A stretch of DNA of 64,000 bases from Actinomycetota bacterium. GTDB lineage: Bacteria > Actinomycetota > Thermoleophilia > RBG-16-64-13. Every line of letters begins with the position of its first letter. Positions within the stretch are counted from its first letter, which is position 1. Positions 50,001-59,465 of the stretch are shown here, in pieces. The stretch lies in NCBI GenBank assembly GCA_012523095.1, contig JAAYJE010000022.1:68784-132783 (forward strand), in the 5' to 3' direction. The position numbers and the translations under genes were made by a program. Under the pieces are notes generated by a model, which had not been told where the DNA came from, made no database searches, and saw only the letters and a program-made list of their open reading frames with translations.

Positions 50001-50972
50001 CTAGATGTTCTTGCCGGACCGCCGCGCATCTCGTTCCGCGGAATCAACCGTGCAGCCGCCCAAACATGCCTCTTCGCACTCGAACTCGCACGGTTCGACG
50101 TGTATGTTGACCCGGCTCTCGGCCAGACGCTCCTTGATGGCCGCGACGATATCGTCGTTCAGGGTGTGTGCGGCTCCGACCGACATGTGTTCGTCCACGA
50201 CCAGATGGAACTCGATGAAACGGTTCGGCCCCGCCTTGCGGGTACGCAGGTGGTGGAAGCTGCGCACCTGAGGCCAGCCGTCGTGGATGAACTGCTTGAT
50301 CCAAGCCACGTCCTCGTCGGGCAGGCTCACATCCATGAGGTCGCGCCCCGACTCGCGGGCGAGGTCCCAGGCCGCCTTCAGGATCAAGAGCGCCACCAGG
50401 ATGGCCACCACCGGATCGAGCCAGCGCAGATCGACACCAGGCGAGATCATCCCTACTACCCAGATGACCAGCAGCCCCACCATGACTCCGGTGGACGTGT
50501 ATACGTCGGTGCGGAGATGCCAGGCGTCGGCCTTCAAGGCCACCGAATCGGTCTCTTTGCTCACCTTGAATAAGTGTCCCGACACGAAGAGGTTGACCAA
50601 GGCCGAGACGAGCATGACTCCCACGCCCCAGAAGGGCATGCTTATCTCCTGCGGGTCGATGAGTTTGCGTATCGCCTCGTAAATGATCCAGGCCGCGGCT
50701 GCGAAGATGAGCAGAGCCTCGATGGTCCCTGAGATGTTCTCAACCTTGCCGTGGCCGAATGGATGCCGTTCATCCGCCTCTCGGCCGGAGGCGCGGACGG
50801 CAAACAGAGCAATCAACGCGGCCACCAGGTCCACGCCGGAATGGATGGCCTCGGAAAGGACGGCGACCGACCCGATCAAGAGGCCCGCCACCACTTTGAG
50901 GATGATAAGCAGGGAGTTGGAAGCCACCGAGAGGATGGCGGCGGCGGTCTTCTTGTCGACTACGACCGGCAT
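50001..50972 (-). CDS. Cation diffusion facilitator (CDF) family metal efflux transporter with Cys-rich C-terminus
   Basis: Six-TM CDF core (HSGVDLVAALIALFAV, HxxxD) and a C-terminal CEFECEEACLGGC. The start is set at ATG 50972, which has a GGAGG SD 7 nt upstream. Confidence 0.85.
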   Translation of the reverse strand: MPVVVDKKTAAAILSVASNSLLIILKVVAGLLIGSVAVLSEAIHSGVDLVAALIALFAVRASGREADERHPFGHGKVENISGTIEALLIFAAAAWIIYEAIRKLIDPQEISMPFWGVGVMLVSALVNLFVSGHLFKVSKETDSVALKADAWHLRTDVYTSTGVMVGLLVIWVVGMISPGVDLRWLDPVVAILVALLILKAAWDLARESGRDLMDVSLPDEDVAWIKQFIHDGWPQVRSFHHLRTRKAGPNRFIEFHLVVDEHMSVGAAHTLNDDIVAAIKERLAESRVNIHVEPCEFECEEACLGGCTVDSAERDARRSGKNI

Positions 50973-50997
50973 CAGGAAACCTCCACATGCACAAGAA

Positions 50998-51028
50998 GCC
51001 CTGCGGGAACTGATTCGTCCCGCAGGGC
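50998..51028 (-). terminator. Perfect 11-bp GC-rich hairpin (GCCCTGCGGGA / loop 9 / TCCCGCAGGGC) followed on the minus strand by UUCUUGUG; candidate intrinsic terminator or attenuator
   Basis: Seen directly in the sequence. It lies 115 nt downstream of the PNPOx-like stop and 26 nt upstream of the CDF ATG. Confidence 0.4.
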
Positions 51029-51143
51029 TCACATACCTGCCGCCCTACCGCTCGCAAGGCCCGGCTACACCTTGTCGTGCGCCCAGGAGGCCGCGGCGGT
51101 GCTGTCTGATCGAACAGCAGTAAGCGTCAGAAGATGGCGACCT

Positions 51144-51536
51144 CTAGAACTCGACCGTCCGTGAAGGAGCGGTGAAGGACGAGAAGGTGGCTGTAGCGTC
51201 CTTCAGGTAAAGCACCTGGCAATTACCATCGGTCGCTGAATATCTGTCCTTGAGTTGGGGATAAGCGTCGAGCATACTCTCCAAGGCCTCGACTCGAGGG
51301 TCATCGACCACCGTCGCTGCCACCCGGATCCATTCGTCGCCGTCGAAAGCGCAGATCTCGACTCTCGGGTTGGCCGTCATCTGCTTGGAGACGTCCTTGA
51401 CCTTGCCCGTCTGGATGTACAGCTTGCCCTCGAAGAGATGGATGGTACCGAAGGCGCGCACCCGCGGCTGACCGCCCTCCACAGTCGCCAGGTAGTATGC
51501 GCCGCACTTCTTCAAAAAGTCGTGAACTTCCTGCAT
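51144..51536 (-). CDS. Pyridoxamine 5'-phosphate oxidase-like FMN-binding protein (general stress protein 26-like)
   Basis: MQEVHDFLKKCGAYYLATVEGGQPRVRAFG... Start set at the ATG with a GGAGGAAGG SD. The longer track ORF overlaps ssrA and is rejected. Confidence 0.75.
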   Translation of the reverse strand: MQEVHDFLKKCGAYYLATVEGGQPRVRAFGTIHLFEGKLYIQTGKVKDVSKQMTANPRVEICAFDGDEWIRVAATVVDDPRVEALESMLDAYPQLKDRYSATDGNCQVLYLKDATATFSSFTAPSRTVEF

Positions 51537-51633
51537 AGTCCCTTCCTCCGTTGTCATCGGCTTCAGCGCACTATGGTACTTGCGGGCGGCGGACGAATCA
51601 AACACGAGGTGTGTTCGGGCGCACGCGGACGAA

Positions 51634-51998
51634 TGGTGGAGGCGGGGGGAATCGAACCCCCGTCCGAAACCCGTCTGGCCCAGGTCTCTACGAGCGTAGC
51701 CCCTACTACAAATCTCGCCTCGCGCCCCCGTAGGAGCTGGGTGCGTCCGACCAACCACCTAAGATGTCCCCCCGACGCCGGCGGCCCTCGCCGGGAGTAA
51801 GCCCGCCTGGTTTATGCCGCGACCCTCCACGACGGGCCGAGGAGGCGCGACAGGCGCTTAAGTCTTGTTCAGACTAAGCGGCCAGAGCCAATTCGGAATC
51901 GGCAATTGTTGTTTTCCAGCCTGTTTAACGAGAACTGCTGGAATCTCGGCTCGCTACCCAAACTCAGACATGAGCCCCGTCGAAACCATGTCGCCCCC
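51634..51998 (-). ncRNA. ssrA: tmRNA (ssrA), tag reading frame ending ...ADSELALAA*
   Basis: Reverse complement starts GGGGGCGACATGGTTTCGACGGGG and ends ...GGGGGTTCGATTCCCCCCGCCTCCACCA (tRNA-like domain plus CCA). The internal ORF is GCCGATTCCGAATTGGCTCTGGCCGCTTAG. Confidence 0.9.
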
Positions 51999-52048
51999 AC
52001 GAGACCCAGGCGCCCGGCTTCCGATGGCCGCGCTGACTGAGTATATGG

Positions 52049-52054
52049 ATTATA
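52049..52054 (-). promoter_or_regulatory. Candidate -10 (TATAAT) for the ssrA precursor, within a local AT-rich palindrome GTATATGGATTATAC
   Basis: Minus-strand reading gives TATAAT 50 nt upstream of the mature tmRNA 5' end. tmRNA is normally processed from a longer precursor. Confidence 0.35.
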
Positions 52055-52333
52055 CCCGATAGCGAAGACGAGAACGCCGGCAGACACGAAGTGCTCCTCC
52101 TTCATGCCACACCTCGCTCCCTTTGAGTCCGAGCTTATGGTTGTGGGCGCATTGTGCTCATACCATGAAGGCCGATGTGATCAGACCTACGTACCAGGTC
52201 GGAGACAGGTATCAGGTCGGAGACGTCGCGCCGGAGATGCCCGCGCGCGGAGGTGGGCGAGCCGCGGACAGTACACCGCTCGCGGAAGCGTCTCCCCACT
52301 TGGGAGACTTCCCCTTGTCGGACGGCGCAGGTC

Positions 52334-53098
52334 CTAGTAGCAGGTCCACCCGCCGTCGACCACCACCGCCTGCCCGTTGATGTAAGACGAGCCGTCCGAG
52401 GCGAGGAAGACGGCCACGTCGGCGATCTCCTCCGACTCGCCCGGGCGCTCCACCAGGCTCATGCCCTTCTCCGCGATGGCCTTGCCGCTCTCATTGAGCC
52501 GGTCCAAGAATTCCTGGCTCTCGAACTCCTTCTTGATCGATCCCGGGCAGATCGCGTTGCAGCGTATGTTCTTGTTCGCATACATATAGGCGGTGTTCTT
52601 GGTGAGTCCGATGAGGCCGTGCTTGGAGGCCGTGTAGGCTGCGCCCGCTCTGCAGCCGAAAAGGCCGGCCACCGAGGCGATGTTGATGATCACGCCTCCG
52701 CCCAGACCCTCGAACTCCTTTATGACCCGTCGCATGGCGTACGCGGGTGCGCCGAGATTCAGGATCATGACCTTCTCGAACTTCTCGTCGTCGAACTCGC
52801 CCACGGGACTGTAGTCGTCCATGATGCCGGCGTTGTTGACGAGCACGTCGACCCTCCCGAACCGCTCCACGGCCTCATCGATCATGAGCACGATGTGCTC
52901 CTTGTTGGTCATATCTCCCACGAAGGGCACGATCTCCCCACCGTGACGGGCGGCATACTCCGCGAGCTCATCCAGCCGCTTGCGACCCATGGCGACCGCG
53001 AGCACGCTGGCGCCTTCGCGAGAGAACATGTCGCAGATGGCCCTCCCCAGCTTCGAGCCGGCGCCTGTTACCACCACAACCTTGTTCTTGAGCCTCAT
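52334..53098 (-). CDS. SDR-family oxidoreductase (short-chain dehydrogenase/reductase)
   Basis: TGAGSKLGRAI cofactor motif and YTASKHGLIGLTK catalytic YxxxK; 254 aa. Confidence 0.85.
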   Translation of the reverse strand: MRLKNKVVVVTGAGSKLGRAICDMFSREGASVLAVAMGRKRLDELAEYAARHGGEIVPFVGDMTNKEHIVLMIDEAVERFGRVDVLVNNAGIMDDYSPVGEFDDEKFEKVMILNLGAPAYAMRRVIKEFEGLGGGVIINIASVAGLFGCRAGAAYTASKHGLIGLTKNTAYMYANKNIRCNAICPGSIKKEFESQEFLDRLNESGKAIAEKGMSLVERPGESEEIADVAVFLASDGSSYINGQAVVVDGGWTCY

Positions 53099-53110
53099 TC
53101 TTCTGCTCCC

Positions 53111-54151
53111 CTATTCGCCGAAAAGCCACTTGGTCCGGATGGCCTGTGTCATGTTGTAGATGTCGAGGGTCTTGTAGAAGGCGTCCATGTTCTTGATGGT
53201 CGCTCCCAGAGGGACATCACAGCCCGTCGACAGCACGAAATTCCTGTACTTGCTCATCTGCTCCAGCAGTTCCAGGGTCCGGCTCTTGACGTCGAACGCT
53301 TCGCCCATCTTCATGACCTTGAGAGGATCGACATTGCCGAAGCCGAGCACTTCCGCGGGAAGCTGCGGCATGACCTGACTCATATTGACCACGTTGCCGA
53401 AATGGAGTCCCCTCGCCCCCGTGAAAAGCATGGAGGTGACCTGCCCGGAGGCGTTGCCGCAGTTGTGCAGGATCACCACAAACGACTCGTCCTGCGTGGC
53501 ATCCACCATCCTCTTGATGTAATCGGAGGAGAACGTCTGGCAGAAGGCCGGCGAGATCAGTCCGGCGGCAGGCTCCGCGATGAGCAGACCGTTGGCGCCG
53601 GCCTCTTTGAAGGCGCGGGCGTAGGAGACGAGGAACTCTGTGGCCTTCTCCAGGAGGACGTGTACGAGGTCGGGATCGCGCCTGGTGGCCGACATGAGCT
53701 CACTCATCTCCATAAGCCTGCAGGAAAGCGAGAACGGGCCGATGATGCCGCCCAACACAGGACGGTCATGGATCCGGCCGGCCGCCAGGCGGGCGGCTCT
53801 TAGATACTCCCAGGTCCGGCCTGCCCCCACACGGGGCGCCGTCAGAGCCTCGATGCTCGCCAGATCGGTGACGACTGCGGAGCGGATATTGGGCGGTTCC
53901 TTCTCCGGGAACTCCACCCGGCAGCCGAACGCTTCGGCCTCGACGGAAAGGTCCATCTGGGTGAGCGCCGCTATCGCGGGATACTTGCTCGCCAAGGCGA
54001 CGATGCAGTCCGCCTGCGCCTGACCGTCAACGTACACCATGCCGGGCGGCTTCCCGATGAGCTCCATCCCCACGGAGGTCGTGATGGGCATAGCCTGTCT
54101 GGAGTCGGAACCAAGGACCCTCTGCAACCACTCAGTCGTGTTGAACTCCAT
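53111..54151 (-). CDS. Uroporphyrinogen-decarboxylase (URO-D) family protein, MtaA/CmuA-like methyltransferase type (not HemE)
   Basis: 346 aa with a URO-D-like fold. It lacks the HemE N-terminal PVWLMRQAGR signature. Confidence 0.6.
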   Translation of the reverse strand: MEFNTTEWLQRVLGSDSRQAMPITTSVGMELIGKPPGMVYVDGQAQADCIVALASKYPAIAALTQMDLSVEAEAFGCRVEFPEKEPPNIRSAVVTDLASIEALTAPRVGAGRTWEYLRAARLAAGRIHDRPVLGGIIGPFSLSCRLMEMSELMSATRRDPDLVHVLLEKATEFLVSYARAFKEAGANGLLIAEPAAGLISPAFCQTFSSDYIKRMVDATQDESFVVILHNCGNASGQVTSMLFTGARGLHFGNVVNMSQVMPQLPAEVLGFGNVDPLKVMKMGEAFDVKSRTLELLEQMSKYRNFVLSTGCDVPLGATIKNMDAFYKTLDIYNMTQAIRTKWLFGE

Positions 54152-54168
54152 GCGGGACCCCGACCTTT

Positions 54169-54675
54169 CTATTCGTCCCGGTCGCCACGCCGGAAGGCCC
54201 GCTCCATGTCACGCGCAGCCTCCCTCTTTGCAAGCGTCTGACGTTTGTCGTAGAGGGCTTTACCCTTGGCGAGCCCGATCTCAACCTTAGCCCTGCCGTC
54301 CTTGAAGTACATCTTAGTGGGCACCAGAGTGTAGCCGGCCACCTGCACCTTGCCGAAAAGACGGCGCAGTTCGCGGCCATGCACCAGCAGCTTGCGTTTA
54401 CGCAGGGGGTCGTGGTTGAAGATATTGCCCTGCTCATAGGGGCTGATGTGCATCCCGATGAGCCAGAGTTCGCCTTTCTCGACGGCCGCGTAGGAGTCGC
54501 GCAGGTTGACCCGCCCCGCCCGCAGCGACTTGACCTCGGTGCCGGTGAGGACGATACCCGCCTCCAGTGTCTCCTCGATGAAGTAGTCGTGGAAGGCCTT
54601 CTTATTCTGTGCGATGGGCTTGATGCCGGTGGGCTTCATGGTGCGAGGAGTATATCCGAAGGACGCCCTGGTCAT
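54169..54675 (-). CDS. smpB: SsrA-binding protein SmpB
   Basis: [34 protein letters not shown]... SmpB signature. The true start is possibly the internal MKPTGIK at about 54639. Confidence 0.9.
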   Translation of the reverse strand: MTRASFGYTPRTMKPTGIKPIAQNKKAFHDYFIEETLEAGIVLTGTEVKSLRAGRVNLRDSYAAVEKGELWLIGMHISPYEQGNIFNHDPLRKRKLLVHGRELRRLFGKVQVAGYTLVPTKMYFKDGRAKVEIGLAKGKALYDKRQTLAKREAARDMERAFRRGDRDE

Positions 54676-54808
54676 GGAGGCGAGGGCGCTACGGGCACCT
54701 GCATGGTGGAACCAGGCGCTGCACCCGACAAGGTTCTTCGACCGGTCGACGTGGACTGCCCCTTTGCAGCAAGTCTCTGTCAGAACGGCGTCTCACCACA
54801 CGATCCTT

Positions 54809-56833
54809 CTAGCGCCGCCCACGTCCTCGGCTCTGCGGCGGCCGAGCGGCGCGGGGAGCCCGAGTCCGAGTGGTCTTTGTCTTCCCCGACGCGACATGAC
54901 GTCCTCGAGAGCCGCCGCGATCGCCGGCGACACGGCGCCGCCCCGGCGAAGTGCCCGGGTCGTCGACCGACCCCGGCGCGACCGCTCCGGCAGCATAGTC
55001 ATGGCCGTCGTCGCCGTCGAGATCGCCGGCCGGCGCCAGATCCACCCTCCCTCGCGCCTCATCGATCGCCAGGACCCGTACCGGCAACAGGTCGGCGACC
55101 TTGTAGGCGCGCGCCGAACGTCTACCGACGAGCGCCGTCTCCAGGTCGTTCAACTCGTAGTAGTCGTCCGGTAATCGGCTCACGGACAGATAGCCCTCGA
55201 ACAAGCGCTCGAAGAGGACGAACATGCCGCGGCGGGTCAAGCTGAGGATCTGTCCTTCGAAGACGTCTTCCTGCCGGCCGTCTTCGTCAAGACGGCGGCG
55301 AAGCAGATGCGCGAGCACGATGTCGTCAGCCTTCAGTTCGACCTTGGCGGCCTCCCGCTCCGTGGCAGAGCAGTGCTCGGCCCAATCCGCCAGCGTGGTC
55401 GTAGTGGGCGCCGGACCCAGTCCCAGTGCGGCCAGCAGTCCCCGATGAACCAGCAGGTCGGGGTAGCGGCGGATGGGCGACGTGAAGTGGCAATAGGTCT
55501 GCGATGCAAGCCCGAAATGTCCGATGTTGACGGTCTGATAGACGGCCCGCGATTGAGCCCGAAGCACCTGTTGCACCAACGCCGCCTTGCCCCGGCCGGG
55601 CGGTGTATACCGGTCGACCCAAGCGGCCGTCTCCCGCGTGACCCGGCGGATCTCCTGCGGCGTTGCGGCCGGAGCATCGTAGTCCGGCGTAGGAAGTCCG
55701 AGGCTGGAGAGGACGTCGAACAGGCGGTCCAGATTGAAAGGGTCGGGCAGGTCGTGCACTCGGTACACGGTGGGAACGCGCTCCTTCTCCAGGAAAGAGG
55801 CCACTTGCTCATTGGCCAGCACCATGAAGTTCTCGATGAACCAATGGCTCTCGAGCTCCTCGCTGGGATCGGCTCCGACGACGCGGCCCTCCCCGTCCCA
55901 CTCGAACTCCGGTTCGGTGGATTCGATACGCAGGCTGCCGCGCTGGTATCGGAGTCCGCGCAGAGTCTGTGCCAGCCTCCTTCCCATATCGAGCGGCTGT
56001 TCCAGATCCGGGTCGACCGGCTCCTTCACCCGGAACATACGTTCCACCTGCTCATAATCCATGCGCTTATCGCTGCGGATGAGAGAGCGATAGAAGCGAC
56101 TCCCCAGCACCTCCCCCGTGTCGTCCACCTCCATCTCCACCGTGACCGCTTTCCGGTCCTCACCCGGACGAAGTGAGCACACACCCGATGACAACTGGGG
56201 TGGCAGCATCGGCTCCACACCGGTGGCCACGTACACCGAGTTGCCGCGCCTGAGGGCCTCCTTGTCGAGGGCGGTCCTCTCCGCCACGAAGTAGGAGACG
56301 TCGGCGATGTGGACGTAGACGGTGGTCGTGCCTCGAGGGGTCCGCTCGAACGAGAGTGCGTCGTCGAAATCCCGGGCCGTCACCGGATCGATGGTGAAGG
56401 TATAGAGATCCCGAAGATCGACGCGGTAAGAGTCCGTCTCCGACTCTGCCTCGGCCGCCGTCGCCGCTTCTGCCAAGACCTTGGGGGTGAAACCCCGCTT
56501 GACTAGATGATCGACGAGCAGCGCGTCTAGAACGTCCTCGAGCGAGTTGCTCTTGCCGAGAGAACGGATGATCTTGGCCTTGAAACCATACGAGAAGGTG
56601 AACAGCACCAGGTCGCCCGGTTGTGGCCGGATCGGACTCCGTTCCACGGGCAACGCCGGACCGGGCTGGAACAGCGGTTCGACCTCCAAGCTCTTACCCC
56701 GACGGACTATGACTCCCGCGATGCTGGCCGACCGCCCGGTGGGATCGCCGGCGGGGATGAGGCCGGCGCGCGCGAGCTGGGCTCGGCGCTTGTCCGAACG
56801 ACTGCGCCCCGGAGTGTGCCGCGCCATCGTCAC
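54809..56833 (-). CDS. rnr: Ribonuclease R (RNB-family 3'-5' exoribonuclease) with basic C-terminal tail
   Basis: Cold-shock/OB domains, RNB catalytic domain and an S1 domain, with an Arg-rich tail RTRAPRAARPPQSRGRGRR. It is adjacent to smpB. Confidence 0.9.
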   Translation of the reverse strand: MTMARHTPGRSRSDKRRAQLARAGLIPAGDPTGRSASIAGVIVRRGKSLEVEPLFQPGPALPVERSPIRPQPGDLVLFTFSYGFKAKIIRSLGKSNSLEDVLDALLVDHLVKRGFTPKVLAEAATAAEAESETDSYRVDLRDLYTFTIDPVTARDFDDALSFERTPRGTTTVYVHIADVSYFVAERTALDKEALRRGNSVYVATGVEPMLPPQLSSGVCSLRPGEDRKAVTVEMEVDDTGEVLGSRFYRSLIRSDKRMDYEQVERMFRVKEPVDPDLEQPLDMGRRLAQTLRGLRYQRGSLRIESTEPEFEWDGEGRVVGADPSEELESHWFIENFMVLANEQVASFLEKERVPTVYRVHDLPDPFNLDRLFDVLSSLGLPTPDYDAPAATPQEIRRVTRETAAWVDRYTPPGRGKAALVQQVLRAQSRAVYQTVNIGHFGLASQTYCHFTSPIRRYPDLLVHRGLLAALGLGPAPTTTTLADWAEHCSATEREAAKVELKADDIVLAHLLRRRLDEDGRQEDVFEGQILSLTRRGMFVLFERLFEGYLSVSRLPDDYYELNDLETALVGRRSARAYKVADLLPVRVLAIDEARGRVDLAPAGDLDGDDGHDYAAGAVAPGSVDDPGTSPGRRRVAGDRGGSRGRHVASGKTKTTRTRAPRAARPPQSRGRGRR

Positions 56834-58017
56834 TACCCCCGGGAGACCCGCGCCGAGGGGCGCCCGGCCCGCCTGCGTTTAGACGTGGCAGGCAGGAGCT
56901 CCAGGCTGACCCATTCAGCCTCGTAGAGGCGGCGGCCGGGAGCAAAACCACGATCTCCGGCGACCTCCAGCAGCCTGCATTCTTGATTCCCGGCCAGAAT
57001 GCCGGACACCACCAGCCTACGCGGCGGCTCGGGTGCGACGGCCTCGTCGAGGGCGTCGGCTCCGGCGTCGGCTCCGGCGTCGGCTCCGGTGACGACGGCT
57101 CGGTCGGCAACGTCTTCTACGCCGCCCGGTGAGCCCACGTTCGCCGCCTTTGCGGCGCTCGAAGCGCTTCTGTCGCCGCTCAACCTGCACATCAACGCGA
57201 CCACCGGCTCCAACGTCATATTGGCAAGCACGGTAGCTCCGGCGAACCAGCCGGCGGGCGCCGCGGCCAGATCCGTCTCGTGGATCCTCACGACCCCCTG
57301 CACCCCGTTGCCCTCCACGTTCTCACGGGCCGATAGGAGCGCCAGCGGGTCGTTGTCGAAGGCCTCGACGGGACCCCAGCCGAGCTTCGCAGCCGCGATG
57401 GCCAGGATGCCCGAACCGGTACCCGCGTCGATCACCGGGCCCCGCGGCTTCTCGAGTTGCAGCAGCTGAAGAACACCCCTGGTGGTGGGATGCAGTCCGG
57501 TGCCGAAACCGAGGCCCGGGTTGATGGCCACGTCCGCCGCCGGCCCACCCTCCTCGGCGTGCGGCGCACCGCCCGCGACCGGCGGCTCCCACGGCGGACG
57601 GATGCGCACACTTCCGACCTCGACAGGTCGGAAGTGATCTCTCCATCCTTCTACCCAGTCCCGCGGCACTTCCCGGATCTCCACCGCCACATCCGCCGGA
57701 ACGACCAATCCGACGGGGAGAGCCGCCAACACGTCATCCGACTCAGGCGAGGCGCCCTGCGCCGGATAGAAGACCAGAGTCACAAGTCTCGCACCGTCGC
57801 CCCGCGCGATCGCCGCCGCATCCGTCCCGGACGGCGCGTCCGCGCTCCCGCACTCCGTATCCGGCCGGGGCGCCCCGCCGGGCGCACGGCCGACGGCCGC
57901 GACGCCGCCCGCGGCCGACCCGCCCTCCACTTCGAACGGCCCGAATAGATCCATCAGCACGGCCCCGGCCACCTCGGAGACGCTCTCCGGAAGGGTTACG
58001 CAAAGGGCGCGATCCAC
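56833..58017 (-). CDS. prmA: Ribosomal protein L11 methyltransferase PrmA-like (394 aa, with low-complexity insertion)
   Basis: AINPGLGFGTGLHPTTRGVLQLL and VIDAGTGSGILAIAAAKLG SAM motifs. Contains a GADAGADAGADA insertion. Confidence 0.75.
   Translation of the reverse strand: MDRALCVTLPESVSEVAGAVLMDLFGPFEVEGGSAAGGVAAVGRAPGGAPRPDTECGSADAPSGTDAAAIARGDGARLVTLVFYPAQGASPESDDVLAALPVGLVVPADVAVEIREVPRDWVEGWRDHFRPVEVGSVRIRPPWEPPVAGGAPHAEEGGPAADVAINPGLGFGTGLHPTTRGVLQLLQLEKPRGPVIDAGTGSGILAIAAAKLGWGPVEAFDNDPLALLSARENVEGNGVQGVVRIHETDLAAAPAGWFAGATVLANMTLEPVVALMCRLSGDRSASSAAKAANVGSPGGVEDVADRAVVTGADAGADAGADALDEAVAPEPPRRLVVSGILAGNQECRLLEVAGDRGFAPGRRLYEAEWVSLELLPATSKRRRAGRPSARVSRG
57052..57090. repeat. 12-bp x3 tandem repeat (GTCGGCTCCGGC) inside prmA-like gene, encoding (GADA)3
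   Basis: Seen directly in the sequence; in-frame. Confidence 0.75.
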
Positions 58018-58263
58018 GCCGCTCAGGGCACACCTTCCCCGCTCGGATGTTCCCCGTGCAGGCGCGCGCGGGATCCGTCAAGCCCCTGAGCCACCGATGA
58101 GGGGGTGCCGGCCCGGCCGCCGACCGTCTCCGCGTTGGCCCTGAAGTAGTCCACGGAGACGACGTGTTCCGGCCGAACCTGGAGTGAAGCCAAGATAGTC
58201 TGAAAGGCCGGCGGGTCAGGCTTGAACAGTAGAGTTGATGTCCGCGTCACTCTACCGGGCCCG

Positions 58264-59421
58264 TCAGCTGCTGAACCAATTGCGCAACTTGTGCAGGACT
58301 CCTTCGTCGCGGTCGCCATAGTGCTCGGTCCCGCAGGCCTCCTCGAACTCTTGGAGTATTCTCCGCTGGTTGTCGTCCAGGTCACGCGGCACGAGCACCC
58401 GGATGAGGATCTCCTGATCGCCGCGGCCGCGGCCGTGCAGGTTGGGCACCCCCTTGCCACGGAGCACTTTGATCTCCCCCGGCTGGGTGCCGGGCTCGAA
58501 GGTCACCTCCTCGTCGCCGTCCAAGGTAGGGATGGTGAGGGTGACGCCCACCGCCGCCTGTATCATAGTGAGATCCGCTCCGTAGAGGATGTCATCACCG
58601 CGGCGCTCGAACAGCTCGTGCGGAGTCACCCTGACGTGCACGTACAGGTCGCCGGCGTGTGCTCCCCGCTCGCCAGCGCCGCCGCGTCCCGGCACCCGGA
58701 TGCGTTGCCCGGCGTCGATGCCGGCCGGTATCTGCACCGTGACCTTGCGTTCCGCGTGCACCCGGCCTTCACCCCGGCATTCTTCGCAGGGCGATTCGAC
58801 GATCTGTCCGGTCGCCCCACAGCGCGGACACGGACCGGTCTGCACGAACTGTCCCAGGATGGTGCGGCGCACAGTACGTACCCGGCCCACGCCCCCGCAT
58901 TCGGGGCAGGTCTTGAGCGACGAGGGGTCGGCCGCCCCCAGACCTCCACAGCCGGTGCAGACCCCGTAGGCCCCAAAGGTGATCTCCCTCTCTACCCCGA
59001 AGGCGGCTTCTTCCAGGGTCAGCTCCACCTCGACAGCCAGGTCCTGCCCCGGGGCCGGGCCGGCCGGACGAGCCCTCCCGAAAGGCCCTCCGTCGAACGC
59101 GCCGCCGCCGAACGCTCCTCCGCCGAACAGATTCTCAAAGAGGTCGCCGAATCCCGAGAAACCGTCGAAGCCGAAGCCGCCGGCGCCGGCGGCGCCGCGG
59201 CGGAGTCCGTCGTGCCCGTAGGCATCGTAGACGCTGCGCTTCTCTTGGTCGGAGAGCACCTCGTATGCTTCGGTGGCCTCCTTGAACTTCTCTTCGCACC
59301 CGGGATCGTTGCAGTTGACGTCGGGATGCAGCTCCCGGGCGAGTTTGCGATAGGCCTTCTTGATCTGTTGGACATCGGCGTCGCGAGAGACCCCGAGCAC
59401 CTCATAGTAATCGCGTTTCAT
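58264..59421 (-). CDS. dnaJ: Chaperone DnaJ (Hsp40)
   Basis: J domain with HPD ([13 protein letters not shown]), a G/F-rich region and four CxxCxGxG zinc-finger repeats. Confidence 0.95.
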   Translation of the reverse strand: MKRDYYEVLGVSRDADVQQIKKAYRKLARELHPDVNCNDPGCEEKFKEATEAYEVLSDQEKRSVYDAYGHDGLRRGAAGAGGFGFDGFSGFGDLFENLFGGGAFGGGAFDGGPFGRARPAGPAPGQDLAVEVELTLEEAAFGVEREITFGAYGVCTGCGGLGAADPSSLKTCPECGGVGRVRTVRRTILGQFVQTGPCPRCGATGQIVESPCEECRGEGRVHAERKVTVQIPAGIDAGQRIRVPGRGGAGERGAHAGDLYVHVRVTPHELFERRGDDILYGADLTMIQAAVGVTLTIPTLDGDEEVTFEPGTQPGEIKVLRGKGVPNLHGRGRGDQEILIRVLVPRDLDDNQRRILQEFEEACGTEHYGDRDEGVLHKLRNWFSS

Positions 59422-59465
59422 CAGCGTAGATCGATCCCCGTCAGTGATTGGTTGATGTGCGAGCG

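Noticed and set aside
51557-51758. N-terminal extension of the PNPOx-like ORF
   Set aside because: Overlaps the tmRNA gene. An SD-preceded internal ATG at 51536 gives a family-typical start.
51600-52340. Possible genomic-island integration at ssrA
   Set aside because: No integrase, no transposase, and no duplicated ssrA 3'-end repeat visible downstream. Flanking genes are housekeeping or metabolic.
52253-53803. 516-aa plus-strand ORF
   Set aside because: Antisense to the SDR and URO-D-like genes, which have clear catalytic motifs. It has no motifs of its own.
58018-58263. 245-bp gap between dnaJ and prmA-like with a 145-aa overlapping ORF (58023..58460)
   Set aside because: The ORF mostly overlaps the dnaJ 3' end in another frame, and the in-gap portion has no SD or start and no motifs. 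More likely a 3' UTR or terminator region; only weak hairpins seen.
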